Positions 23,577 through 32,655 of a stretch of 34,992 bases of DNA are shown here, piece after piece (positions within the stretch are counted from its first letter, which is position 1; each line of letters starts with the position of its first letter). The notes under the pieces were generated by a model, which was not told the origin of the DNA, searched no databases, and saw only the letters and a program-made list of their open reading frames with translations. Source of the stretch: a virus. Lineage: Duplodnaviria; Heunggongvirae; Uroviricota; Caudoviricetes. The translations under genes and the position numbers were made by a program. The DNA is taken from the IMG/VR virus record IMGVR_UViG_3300028888_000071, positions 86,638-121,629 of that record; one strand, written 5' to 3'.

Positions 23577-24122
23577 ATGGTTATCAAAAGTCTTTTAGAA
23601 AAGTTCTTCGAACAAAACAAAATGCAAGATGTCACTGAAATGCCAGTGGCTAAAATCCAGTCAGTAATCCAACAAATCGCCGATTTCTGTGCAGCAGAAA
23701 TCGCAAGAGAAGCCGAGCTGCTTTCCGTTGCAGACATCTATGACGCACAGGCAAAGTTCCTGAAGAAAGCTAAGCCCGTGCAGCAGACAGCAAACACGCC
23801 TGTGGTGCGCAAGGGCCGCCGCCCGTTCGCCAAAGAGAAGTACAAGAACTATGTGCTGTATTCTTCTCTTGACGATATCCCTGCCGGGGTAGACACAAAC
23901 AGAATCATGTGTGTCTACACAAACAAGAACGGCAAGCGTGTCGGAAAGAGATACGGCATCCTCGACACCACAATCCCCGCGATGCAAGCACGCAACCATA
24001 TCCGTTCTGCATACGCACTCAAGATGAACGAGAACTTCTTGAATGTGTCAAGCAAAATGGTGTTCTCCAATCGCAAGGATAGAGTCCTCAAGACGGACCG
24101 CAAAATGTATCCTGTGAGATAA
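23577..24122 (+). CDS. Basic hypothetical protein
   Basis: 181 aa, Lys/Arg-rich, has its own promoter and terminator. Confidence 0.75.
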   Translation: MVIKSLLEKFFEQNKMQDVTEMPVAKIQSVIQQIADFCAAEIAREAELLSVADIYDAQAKFLKKAKPVQQTANTPVVRKGRRPFAKEKYKNYVLYSSLDDIPAGVDTNRIMCVYTNKNGKRVGKRYGILDTTIPAMQARNHIRSAYALKMNENFLNVSSKMVFSNRKDRVLKTDRKMYPVR

Positions 24123-24152
24123 TCATCCGTTCAATAAATTTATAGGTTTCAT

Positions 24153-24178
24153 TGGGTGGTTTCGGCCACCCATTTTTA
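24153..24178 (+). terminator. Intrinsic terminator with UUCG loop
   Basis: TGGGTGGT-TTCG-GCCACCCA plus T-tract. Confidence 0.85.
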
Positions 24179-24189
24179 TTTCACGACAA

Positions 24190-24219
24190 ATGTAAAACCA
24201 GAAAAAGTTTTGTTATATT
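24190..24219 (+). promoter_or_regulatory. Early-type promoter ATGTAA-N18-TATATT
   Basis: Same motif and spacing as three other sites. Confidence 0.7.
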
Positions 24220-24246
24220 CAATTGTAACCAAAAAATTTTAGAACT

Positions 24247-25770
24247 ATGATAGAAGAATTAAAGAAAGAAATCCTCAACGGCGAAAACACCAACGTCGCA
24301 TTCTCCGAAAACGGGGCAAAGATGAACGCAACCACCGGCAAGAACCTGCTGGACATGTCGTTCAAAATCCCTGCAATGAGAGCCGGCGGAATGAGGATGG
24401 TCAGCAATCTATCGAAACTCGCGTTCATGGAATCTCCTGAACTGTTCATCAGATTCATATTCTATCTCCGCGACATCCGCGGTGGTATCGGTGAACGTGA
24501 CAGTTTCCGCAACTCTTTCTTGTGGCTTTCCGAGAACCAGCCAGAAATCGCCTCCAAACTTCTGCCGTTCATTCCTGAATATGGCCGTTGGGACGATCTC
24601 GTCTGGATTGCCATCCACACCAAGAATGAACATGTGATGGAAACCGCAGTGAAAATCATTGCGAACCAGATGAAAGAGGACAAGGGCAAAGACAATGTCT
24701 CACTCCTTGGCAAGTGGCTGCCTTCCGTCAATGCCGGTCTCAAGTCTGTATCTGAGGCAAAAACCCTCATCAAACTCATCAACAAAGTGTATGGCTCCAA
24801 AATCAATGCTGCCTACTACAGAAAAACCGTTTCTCTCTTGAGAAAGAAAGCAAACGTGGTTGAACGCAACATCGCTGCAAAGACTTATGGCGACATCAAC
24901 TACGAGGCAGTGCCTTCACTGGCAAACACTCGTTATGCGAGACTGTTCCTCAAATATGACGAAAACCGCCGTAGAAACTATCTTGACTCTCTCGCCAAAG
25001 GAGACAAGAAAATCAATGCAGCAGCATCCTTCCCGCATGATGTGTGGAAACTGATCCGTCGTGAGCCGCAGACTGCAGAGCAGATGTGGAAAGCTCTGCC
25101 TGATTTCATCAAAGGCGACTCCAAGACACTTGTTGTGAGAGACGGCAGTGGCAGTATGACTTGCACCATCCCGAACAGCACCACAACTGCTCTTGATGTC
25201 GCAAGCTCCCTTTGCGTCTACTTCTCCGAAAGAATGACTGGCGAGTTCAAGAACAAGTTCATCACGTTCAGTGCAAGACCTCAACTTGTCGAACTTGGAG
25301 ACAACACTTCTCTCGAAGACAAAATGTGGCTGCTTGACAGTTATGATGACTGTTCAAACACCAACATCGAAGCAACATTCCAACTGGTGCTTGACACTGC
25401 TGTGAACAACCACCTCAAGCAAGAGGAACTGCCCACATCGTTGCTGATTGTCTCCGATATGGAGTTTGACTATGCGGTAAACCGTTCGGCCCGCGAGGAC
25501 AAACTGTTCACCACCATCAGAAAAAAATGGGAAGCAGCAGGATACCAGCTTCCGAGACTGGTGTTCTGGAACGTGAACTCAAGAACAGGTGCCATTCCGA
25601 TGACACAGAACAAAAACGGCGTCATTCTCATCAGCGGGTTCTCCGCATCGCTCTGCAACATGGTTCTCAGTGAGGAGACTGACCCCTATCTCGCCCTCGT
25701 CAAGGTTCTCAATGGTGACCGTTACAATCCAATCATAGATGTGATTAGAGACAATCTCTCAACCCTTTAA
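24247..25770 (+). CDS. DUF2828 (TROVE/Ro60-like) protein with C-terminal VWA domain
   Basis: RDIRGG.GER, YGRWDDL, KWLPS, Y..VPS.A, MIDAS DGSGSM, SDMEFD, FWNVNS. Confidence 0.9.
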   Translation: MIEELKKEILNGENTNVAFSENGAKMNATTGKNLLDMSFKIPAMRAGGMRMVSNLSKLAFMESPELFIRFIFYLRDIRGGIGERDSFRNSFLWLSENQPEIASKLLPFIPEYGRWDDLVWIAIHTKNEHVMETAVKIIANQMKEDKGKDNVSLLGKWLPSVNAGLKSVSEAKTLIKLINKVYGSKINAAYYRKTVSLLRKKANVVERNIAAKTYGDINYEAVPSLANTRYARLFLKYDENRRRNYLDSLAKGDKKINAAASFPHDVWKLIRREPQTAEQMWKALPDFIKGDSKTLVVRDGSGSMTCTIPNSTTTALDVASSLCVYFSERMTGEFKNKFITFSARPQLVELGDNTSLEDKMWLLDSYDDCSNTNIEATFQLVLDTAVNNHLKQEELPTSLLIVSDMEFDYAVNRSAREDKLFTTIRKKWEAAGYQLPRLVFWNVNSRTGAIPMTQNKNGVILISGFSASLCNMVLSEETDPYLALVKVLNGDRYNPIIDVIRDNLSTL

Positions 25771-25797
25771 TGGGATTTTGTTTTTCATTCTTTTTCC

Positions 25798-25824
25798 AAG
25801 GCCGCTCAATTGAGCGGCCTTTTT
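25798..25824 (+). terminator. Perfect 24-bp palindrome terminator; late promoter 25829-25836 follows
   Basis: AAGGCCGCTCAATTGAGCGGCCTT plus T-tract. Confidence 0.85.
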
Positions 25825-25857
25825 CTATTATAAATAAATTGTATAACTCTAAACAAG

Positions 25858-26349
25858 ATGAACATAAAGTCACTGCAGCCACACAAGTTCCGCTCGAAAA
25901 AATCCCCGTTCAAGCAGGGATATTACAATCCGTTGTTCCCGAACAAGTACTGCGGGCAGACTCCAATCATATATCGTTCAAGCTGGGAATACAAAGTGTG
26001 CAAGTTCCTTGATGAGTCTCAGTCAGTTACTAAGTGGGGCAGTGAATGCATATGCATACCATATTTCAGCATGTTAGACAACAAGCAGCATGAATACTTC
26101 CCAGATTTCTATTTTGAATACAACACTGGGACTACGATAAGAAAGATAATCGTTGAGGTGAAACCAAAGAAAGACTTGACTCCACCAGTGAAGCCAAAGA
26201 AAGAGACTCCGAAAACATTGGCGAACTACCAGAGAGCTGCACAGACTTATATCAAGAACATGGAAAAGGCGAAAGCGTGCAAGACATACTGTGAACTGCA
26301 TAACATGGAATACAAGTTCGTGACAGAAGACTCTCATCTTAACTTTTGA
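25858..26349 (+). CDS. gp4: Head completion protein, T4 gp4-like
   Basis: QG.Y.P..P.KY.G...IIYRSSWE, KWGSE, IPY, YFPDF, EVKP. Confidence 0.92.
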   Translation: MNIKSLQPHKFRSKKSPFKQGYYNPLFPNKYCGQTPIIYRSSWEYKVCKFLDESQSVTKWGSECICIPYFSMLDNKQHEYFPDFYFEYNTGTTIRKIIVEVKPKKDLTPPVKPKKETPKTLANYQRAAQTYIKNMEKAKACKTYCELHNMEYKFVTEDSHLNF

Positions 26350-26373
26350 TAAATAATATAAAACACTCACATG

Positions 26374-26410
26374 AACCCGGACATCAAATCCGGGTTTCTT
26401 TTTATAAATA
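26374..26410 (+). terminator. Terminator followed by late promoter (26403-26410)
   Basis: AACCCGGA...TCCGGGTT plus T-rich tail, then TATAAATA. Confidence 0.8.
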
Positions 26411-26430
26411 TATTGTGTATAAATCAAAAT

Positions 26431-26613
26431 ATGTTTATAAAACAAGTAGCAGAAAGAGTATTAGTATTGAATGACAAAATGGAGGTGGTGACGGCATACG
26501 AAAACGCAAAGTTTTCTGTGTCAGATTCCAGAATAAAGATTTTCTCTGCAAACGACAAGAACATCATATTTTGCGATATGCCCATCGAAAACACAAGTAT
26601 ATTATATAGATAA
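26431..26613 (+). CDS. Small hypothetical protein (start 26431)
   Basis: Track start 26371 lies upstream of the terminator and promoter. Confidence 0.65.
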   Translation: MFIKQVAERVLVLNDKMEVVTAYENAKFSVSDSRIKIFSANDKNIIFCDMPIENTSILYR

Positions 26614-26614
26614 A

Positions 26615-27979
26615 ATGGCAACCACGACAACCACAATATCATCTGCCTATGGGACAATGACATCAACAACCACAACAACCACAGTCGTCCCCAACATCTA
26701 CAACGACAAAGGCTGTGGTGGCGGAACTCCATCTTGTGGCGAATACAGCGCATATGTGAAATGCATGCAAGACTTATATGCAGGCGTTGGTGCGTGTCAA
26801 GAAATCTACATTCTTGACTCAGATGGCCAGCCAGTTGACATAGACAGAATCGACAGGATAGACATGACACTGAGCAATGAGTTTGAGTGTGTCGTCATGT
26901 CGACAGGAAACGCGATAAGTATTGAAAGTTTGCAGACAAGTTATGACGGCCCTTTGTTCGAACTCAATCCAGACAATTTCTGGGACAATGAAGACAAGTA
27001 TTTTGAAACACATAATGTGAGAGTCGCCGACAATGATCCAGAACTAATATGTCCTGATGATGAGAAAGCAATCATTTTTGGAAAAGAAGAAGACGGTGAT
27101 GTTTTCCACGGACATATCATCTTCAACCCGTTCACCTACACTGGAGCTTTGTATTTGAAAATCATGTCAAATGAGAACAATGAGGGTTCTTGCATTTGCA
27201 TGCTGAACGGACTGCCACAGATAGTCACTCTCAATGCTAAAAACAGCATTATAAATATTTTAGACAATTGTGACGCTTCAGTGCTGAATATAATGTCATT
27301 GAACTCATTGTATCGACCAAGTGTCTTGAAGGTGAACAGTATTACAGTGTCTTGCACGAAGGGAGTTACAAACAAGGGATTAGTCAGGATATGTTATGAT
27401 GGTTCAAAGATACCGGAAATCGCAGGCAGGCTTACTGCAGAAATAATGTTGAAGTTCAATGACAGTGATGTTGAAGCTGGAGCTACGAAAATTATAAAAT
27501 GCGTACCTATGGCAAACGTCAAGAAATCAACTATGATAACAAAGAACAACGGTTGTGGCTGCAGCTGCAAATGCGAGTGTGATGAGAACGAATACAATGT
27601 TGGCGGAATAGTCTACAAATATGTGTCACAACTGCCTACTGCAAGTTGGAACACAATGAATGCAATATATCTTGTGGACAATCCAAACGCAACAAAAGAA
27701 AAGCAGTATTTGGAGTACATAACCGTAAAGAGAAATGTCAACGGAGTATGGGCATACACTTGGGAGAGAATGGGTGATGTGAACTATGACATCAATGTCG
27801 AGCAGAAATCTAAACACTCTGTCGCAATAAATCTCACAGACAACGAAGATGACAAAGACACAATAGTGCTGAAACATAAAGACCGCAAGAATGGAAAAGG
27901 TTCTATGATTGCGTTTGACAAAGATGGAGACAGCACAATCGTCGCAAAAGTGACACACATCGACGGAGGACGATTATAA
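26615..27979 (+). CDS. Putative virion structural/fibre-associated protein
   Basis: Late operon; V..LPT...IYLV...Y.EYI...W module and terminal IDGG recalled from gut-phage tail proteins. Confidence 0.65.
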   Translation: MATTTTTISSAYGTMTSTTTTTTVVPNIYNDKGCGGGTPSCGEYSAYVKCMQDLYAGVGACQEIYILDSDGQPVDIDRIDRIDMTLSNEFECVVMSTGNAISIESLQTSYDGPLFELNPDNFWDNEDKYFETHNVRVADNDPELICPDDEKAIIFGKEEDGDVFHGHIIFNPFTYTGALYLKIMSNENNEGSCICMLNGLPQIVTLNAKNSIINILDNCDASVLNIMSLNSLYRPSVLKVNSITVSCTKGVTNKGLVRICYDGSKIPEIAGRLTAEIMLKFNDSDVEAGATKIIKCVPMANVKKSTMITKNNGCGCSCKCECDENEYNVGGIVYKYVSQLPTASWNTMNAIYLVDNPNATKEKQYLEYITVKRNVNGVWAYTWERMGDVNYDINVEQKSKHSVAINLTDNEDDKDTIVLKHKDRKNGKGSMIAFDKDGDSTIVAKVTHIDGGRL

Positions 27980-27986
27980 ATAAATT

Positions 27987-28667
27987 ATGGAACAGAATAA
28001 CGAATTCACCAGGATAACGCTTCTGCAGAATGACAAGATAAGTTCATATTCCGTCAAAGACTTTCTTGAACATATGAACTACAAGCTGGCTTCTGCTGAG
28101 CCTATATGGTTTGACAGCAATTTCTACAAGAAACCGAAAATGTTCATAGGGAATGCTGATGGCAAACCTGTGTTCGTTGGTCCATATATGGCAGGCGATG
28201 GCATTTCAATTGTGAATGACACAAGCTCAAAACGAGTTGGTGAAATCAGAATGAAATACCCGATACCGGTTCTTTCAGGAAATTCAGGAAAAGTGCTTGC
28301 TGTCAGTGTCGATGAAACTCATATTGAATGGGCAGACCTCAACATTGAACATGGCACTACTGAATACTGGAACTCAAGAATAGGATATGTGCCTGAAGCC
28401 GGAAAAATCATCATTTATGATGATTACAAGACTGAAACAATCGAAGGCAAAACTGTAATGTATCCTGGAATAAAAGTCGGAAACGGAAATGCATATGTAC
28501 AAGATCTGATGTTTGCAGATAGTTATTACAACGACTTGTTTGAACGACATATAAATGATGCATCTATACACGTGACTCCACAAGACAAACAGAGATGGAA
28601 CAGAAAACTGAATGTTGACGACATCCAGGGCGTTGAAAATGAAACTTTGATATTCAACAGAAACTAA
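27987..28667 (+). CDS. Tail-fibre-associated protein with Mtd N-terminal-like domain
   Basis: YWNS...VP..G.IIIY.D...GIKVGNG..Y..DL.F followed by H.ND..IHVT..DK.RWN; late promoter 27975-27982. Confidence 0.6.
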   Translation: MEQNNEFTRITLLQNDKISSYSVKDFLEHMNYKLASAEPIWFDSNFYKKPKMFIGNADGKPVFVGPYMAGDGISIVNDTSSKRVGEIRMKYPIPVLSGNSGKVLAVSVDETHIEWADLNIEHGTTEYWNSRIGYVPEAGKIIIYDDYKTETIEGKTVMYPGIKVGNGNAYVQDLMFADSYYNDLFERHINDASIHVTPQDKQRWNRKLNVDDIQGVENETLIFNRN

Positions 28668-28697
28668 TATAAATAAAAAATAAATATAATAAATAAA

Positions 28698-30344
28698 ATG
28701 GCAGAAACTTGGTCTGATGAACCCTTAATTAGTAAAATAACATTGCCTGGCTCAGGTGGTTCTTACTATTTGAAAGATGCTGAAGCTAGACGAAAAATTG
28801 AAGCTCTTGGTGCACCAACCCACTTCTTGGGCCAGACAACAACCGCATTGACTGATGGTTCTACAACGAACCCCATCACTATTGGTGGAAAATCTGTTAC
28901 TGCAGAAGGTGGTGATATTGTTGTATATTCAACTGGTGGACCTGCATTGCAAGGATTGACAAAAGAATTTATTTGGGATGGAAGCCGATGGTTACAACTC
29001 GGTGACCTTTCAAATCTCGGAAAACTTGCTTACAAAGATAACGTTGTACTTGAAAAAGGAAGTGCTGCAAATGTTCTTGGCAGCGGTACAACATTCACAG
29101 CAGCAGATTCTGCAGTATCATTCACTGGTAACACCACCGCTAATGTTATTGGTGCTGATGCTACGCTGCAAGCTACTGCTCCAACATTGACTGTTACGGC
29201 ACAAATGACAACACTCGGAGCATCTGCATCTGGAACAGCAGTCACTCCTGCAACAACAGCTAATGCTATCACTGAACTTGGAACTCCTACAACCGATGTT
29301 TTTGTGAAAAGCGTTACTGCAGAAACCAACAAAAAACTGGTCACCACATCAGTGATACCTGCTGGAACAGCCACAAGTGTCCTGCAAGGCGTCACCCCGA
29401 CTACACAGAAACTTGGTGTTTCTACATTGACTCCTGCTACAAATGCTGCACATGAAGCAATTTATAATATCACGCCTATCACATCAAAACTGGCAACAAC
29501 CACAATTCCTAATGTTACTAACACCACTGATGTGTCTATTCCTAATGTGACTGGCCATGATGACGTGTCTATCCAGTCAGTGACCAGTGTTGGCACAGCT
29601 GACACTTGGGCTTTTGCGATGGGTAGTGGAACTGACGCTGAAACTCTTATCATCACAGGCACAAATGGAACAGTTCCCACAGTAGAAGATAAAGTTGCAA
29701 CAAAGGTGACATTAGGCACTGCTCTTCAAGCATCAAAGGTGACACTGGGAACTGCTATCACCGCAGCAACTGGTAGTCTAACTTCAAGTGGTGATGGTGC
29801 TACTGTTGCTACAGGACTAAATAATCCTAACACTTTTGCTGTTGCTACTGTTGGCACATCCGTCACATATGCTACTGGTTCATTGTCAGCAAGTGGTGAT
29901 GGTGCTGCTGTTGTTACTGGCATTGATGCAACAAACAAGACATCTGTTGCTACTGTTGGTACAGCCGTCACTGTTGCTACTGGCGCAACTGCTACTGATG
30001 CTACAGGTGCTGCTATCGTAACTGGTGTAACCATCGGTGACTCTGCTCCAGCAATCACTGCATTTGGAACTCCTACAACTGCAACTGTTCTACAAAGCGT
30101 CACTGTTACAGATCCTACAATCACGATTTCAACTAACGCATCAGGTGGTGTTAGCGTTGCTACAGGAATTGATGAAGCTACAGCAACTCCTCCTGCTGTC
30201 ACCTTCAACAGCAAAGACCAGAAAGCTGTTGTTGACAACATTGGTACAGGAACTGCTGCTGGACAGGCAATCACTGTTGGAGCTGATACTGTCAAAGTTG
30301 CTGAATTTGATAGCCTTGACATCACAATTGTTGATCCTTCATAA
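28698..30344 (+). CDS. Thr/Ala/Gly/Val-rich fibre-like structural protein
   Basis: N-terminal ISKITLP...Y.LKDAEAR module; long low-complexity beta-type body; late promoter 28668-28675. Confidence 0.7.
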   Translation: MAETWSDEPLISKITLPGSGGSYYLKDAEARRKIEALGAPTHFLGQTTTALTDGSTTNPITIGGKSVTAEGGDIVVYSTGGPALQGLTKEFIWDGSRWLQLGDLSNLGKLAYKDNVVLEKGSAANVLGSGTTFTAADSAVSFTGNTTANVIGADATLQATAPTLTVTAQMTTLGASASGTAVTPATTANAITELGTPTTDVFVKSVTAETNKKLVTTSVIPAGTATSVLQGVTPTTQKLGVSTLTPATNAAHEAIYNITPITSKLATTTIPNVTNTTDVSIPNVTGHDDVSIQSVTSVGTADTWAFAMGSGTDAETLIITGTNGTVPTVEDKVATKVTLGTALQASKVTLGTAITAATGSLTSSGDGATVATGLNNPNTFAVATVGTSVTYATGSLSASGDGAAVVTGIDATNKTSVATVGTAVTVATGATATDATGAAIVTGVTIGDSAPAITAFGTPTTATVLQSVTVTDPTITISTNASGGVSVATGIDEATATPPAVTFNSKDQKAVVDNIGTGTAAGQAITVGADTVKVAEFDSLDITIVDPS

Positions 30345-30363
30345 TAAAACATCATTATATTGC

Positions 30364-30393
30364 AATGCCGGAACACATGTTCCGGCATTTTTT
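30364..30393 (+). terminator. Intrinsic terminator; late promoter 30407-30414 follows
   Basis: AATGCCGGAAC-ACAT-GTTCCGGCATT plus T-tract. Confidence 0.9.
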
Positions 30394-30436
30394 ATATGTC
30401 AAGAATTATAAATAATTAAAACAATAATCACAAACT

Positions 30437-31924
30437 ATGTCCGTAGTAAAGAAAATTCAATTACCAGACAATACAATTGTTGACATAAACGACAATAGAA
30501 TAAAACGATACACAAACGCAACAGGCACTGCAGCAGTTTCGGCTGACCCTCCTTACACTCATGCTAAATGGGATGTCACTGATGCATCAATAACTGCTTA
30601 TTATGATGGACTTGTCGTTTCACTTGTCGTGCCTGTCACTGGACACGACACTTTTGGAACAGCATTCCAGATAAACTCACTTGGCTACAAGCCTGTCGTC
30701 TTTGATGACAATGATGGAATTGGTGACAGACATACAGCAGGCTCAACGATTTGGATGGTCTACAATCCAACACAGACTTCCACTCTGTATATGAATTCAT
30801 CTACAGCAACGACTGTGACTGGGTGTTGGCAATCTGTTGAAGGCAACCCCGGAAATGTCGTCTACACAGGTCTAGATGAATCTCAGGGTGACATCATAGA
30901 CTCAGCAACAGGACAACAAGTCGACATAAAACAATATGCTAAAAAAGAATGGGTGGAAGATCAAGAATATCTGACGCTTGAGACACTGCCGCCTGATCTT
31001 GGCGTCCAGTCTGACTGGAACGAGACTGACTCCGAGAGCAAAGCATTCATAAAGAACAAGCCGACTATACCACAACCGCCAACAATCGGAACACTTTCAA
31101 CGACAAGTGCGTCTGCGCAATCGACATCAGCAAGTGAAAGTTTCAGCAATGCAATCACATTGCACAAGATCTCTAAAACCGGTTCATACAATGACTTGCT
31201 GAACAAGCCAACGATTCCAGCTGCACCTGGAACGCTGAACACTAACATTTCTACCGCACAGTCTGTTTCATCATCTGAAGCATTGAGTGGTTCAATAAGT
31301 CTCCACAAGATAGCTAAGACTGGTTCATATAACGACTTGCTGAACAAACCAAACTTTGCGACAGTCGCAACAAGTGGAAGCTACACTGATCTGGACAACA
31401 AGCCAACTATACCGGCTGCTCCTGGAACATTGAACACGAACAATACAACTGCACAGACTGTTTCTTCATCTGAAGCATTGAGCGGTTCAATTAGTCTTCA
31501 CAAGATTGCTAAAACCGGAAGTTATGGTGATTTGCTGAACACGCCGAGCTTTGCTACTGTGGCGACATCTGGTAGTTATACAGATCTTGACAACAAGCCG
31601 ACTATACCTACTGTGAACAATGCGACACTGACTATTCAGAAGAATGGCACGCAAGTTGCGACTTTCACTGCAAATGCTTCGTCTAATGTGACCGCAAACA
31701 TCACTATACCGACAACGGTAAGTTCATTTACAAATGATGCAGGATACATTACTGCTGACCAAGCATTGCCGCCGGTGACTGCAGCAGACAATGGAAAGTT
31801 CTTGATTGTGACTAATGGCTCTTGGCAGATCCAAGAGCTCCACACAAATGTGTATTTTACAGGAAACACAACTCCATCTCAGGCGCTTGGCGACAACGGA
31901 GACCTTTATTTGCAAACCCTATAA
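30437..31924 (+). CDS. Tail fibre-like protein with repeated modules
   Basis: Repeats [KT][TS]GSY.DL.N[KT]P (five), LHKI.KTGSY (three), QSDWN..AFIKNKP, TLTIQKNG. Confidence 0.78.
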   Translation: MSVVKKIQLPDNTIVDINDNRIKRYTNATGTAAVSADPPYTHAKWDVTDASITAYYDGLVVSLVVPVTGHDTFGTAFQINSLGYKPVVFDDNDGIGDRHTAGSTIWMVYNPTQTSTLYMNSSTATTVTGCWQSVEGNPGNVVYTGLDESQGDIIDSATGQQVDIKQYAKKEWVEDQEYLTLETLPPDLGVQSDWNETDSESKAFIKNKPTIPQPPTIGTLSTTSASAQSTSASESFSNAITLHKISKTGSYNDLLNKPTIPAAPGTLNTNISTAQSVSSSEALSGSISLHKIAKTGSYNDLLNKPNFATVATSGSYTDLDNKPTIPAAPGTLNTNNTTAQTVSSSEALSGSISLHKIAKTGSYGDLLNTPSFATVATSGSYTDLDNKPTIPTVNNATLTIQKNGTQVATFTANASSNVTANITIPTTVSSFTNDAGYITADQALPPVTAADNGKFLIVTNGSWQIQELHTNVYFTGNTTPSQALGDNGDLYLQTL

Positions 31925-31935
31925 TTTAGCTTAAT

Positions 31936-32655
31936 ATGAAAAACATCGAAAAAGCAATTGAAGCAGAACAAGAGTACATCCAACTGAACTTGCAAGGCGA
32001 GCAGCCAAACATACATGACTACCTCGACCAATGGGGATATTCAGATTTAGAAGAGTTTCATAATGACAAAATTGAATATCAGTTGAAAAATTTAGACTGG
32101 ACTGTCATAGAACAGCCAAGAATAGATTTGTCGTTGGTCACATGGAATGTTAGAGACAAAGTCCCGTCATACATGTATGCTATAAACACTGGCGAAAAAT
32201 ACGCGTTCATCAAAAATGGTTATGAAAATGAGAATGAACTTGTAGACAAAGGGTTCACGATAGTCAAATTTGGATATAACGCGACGAATGAAACAGCCAC
32301 AAGTGGATTGATACTATCTTTTGATGGTGATTTTAGATTGTATCTGCTTATTCCAAAACATATAGATGTGTCAATCAACTTGTTTTTGAAAAAGCTCAAT
32401 GAATATTTCATACAGCTTGGCCTTGACTCTGTCGTTGATGGCAATGACATACTGATAGATGGAAGAAAAGTGTGTGGAAGCGCCACGTTTGAAGCAGGTG
32501 ACATGACAGGCTTTGTCTGTCAAGTTACATTCACTGACCATATTGATGAAATAAAAGAAATATGTGGTGAGAGAAACAAAATGCCGGGATTCATACCGCA
32601 AAACATTCTCACTGCATACCAATTAAAAGATAAATTTTTAGAATGGCTACAATAA
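31936..32655 (+). CDS. BPL/LplA/LipB-fold (biotin/lipoate ligase-like) protein
   Basis: GNDILIDGRKVCGSA motif with conserved Lys; preceding helix FLKKLNEYFIQLG. Confidence 0.65.
   Translation: MKNIEKAIEAEQEYIQLNLQGEQPNIHDYLDQWGYSDLEEFHNDKIEYQLKNLDWTVIEQPRIDLSLVTWNVRDKVPSYMYAINTGEKYAFIKNGYENENELVDKGFTIVKFGYNATNETATSGLILSFDGDFRLYLLIPKHIDVSINLFLKKLNEYFIQLGLDSVVDGNDILIDGRKVCGSATFEAGDMTGFVCQVTFTDHIDEIKEICGERNKMPGFIPQNILTAYQLKDKFLEWLQ

Noticed and set aside
25858-26349. TnsA-like transposase or homing endonuclease
   Set aside because: Motifs match T4 gp4 head completion protein (same fold); late promoter; no transposon ends
31070-31610. Repeats in fibre genes as DGR template/variable regions
   Set aside because: Mismatches are mostly synonymous and not adenine-specific, both copies are within the same ORF, and no reverse transcriptase is in the window
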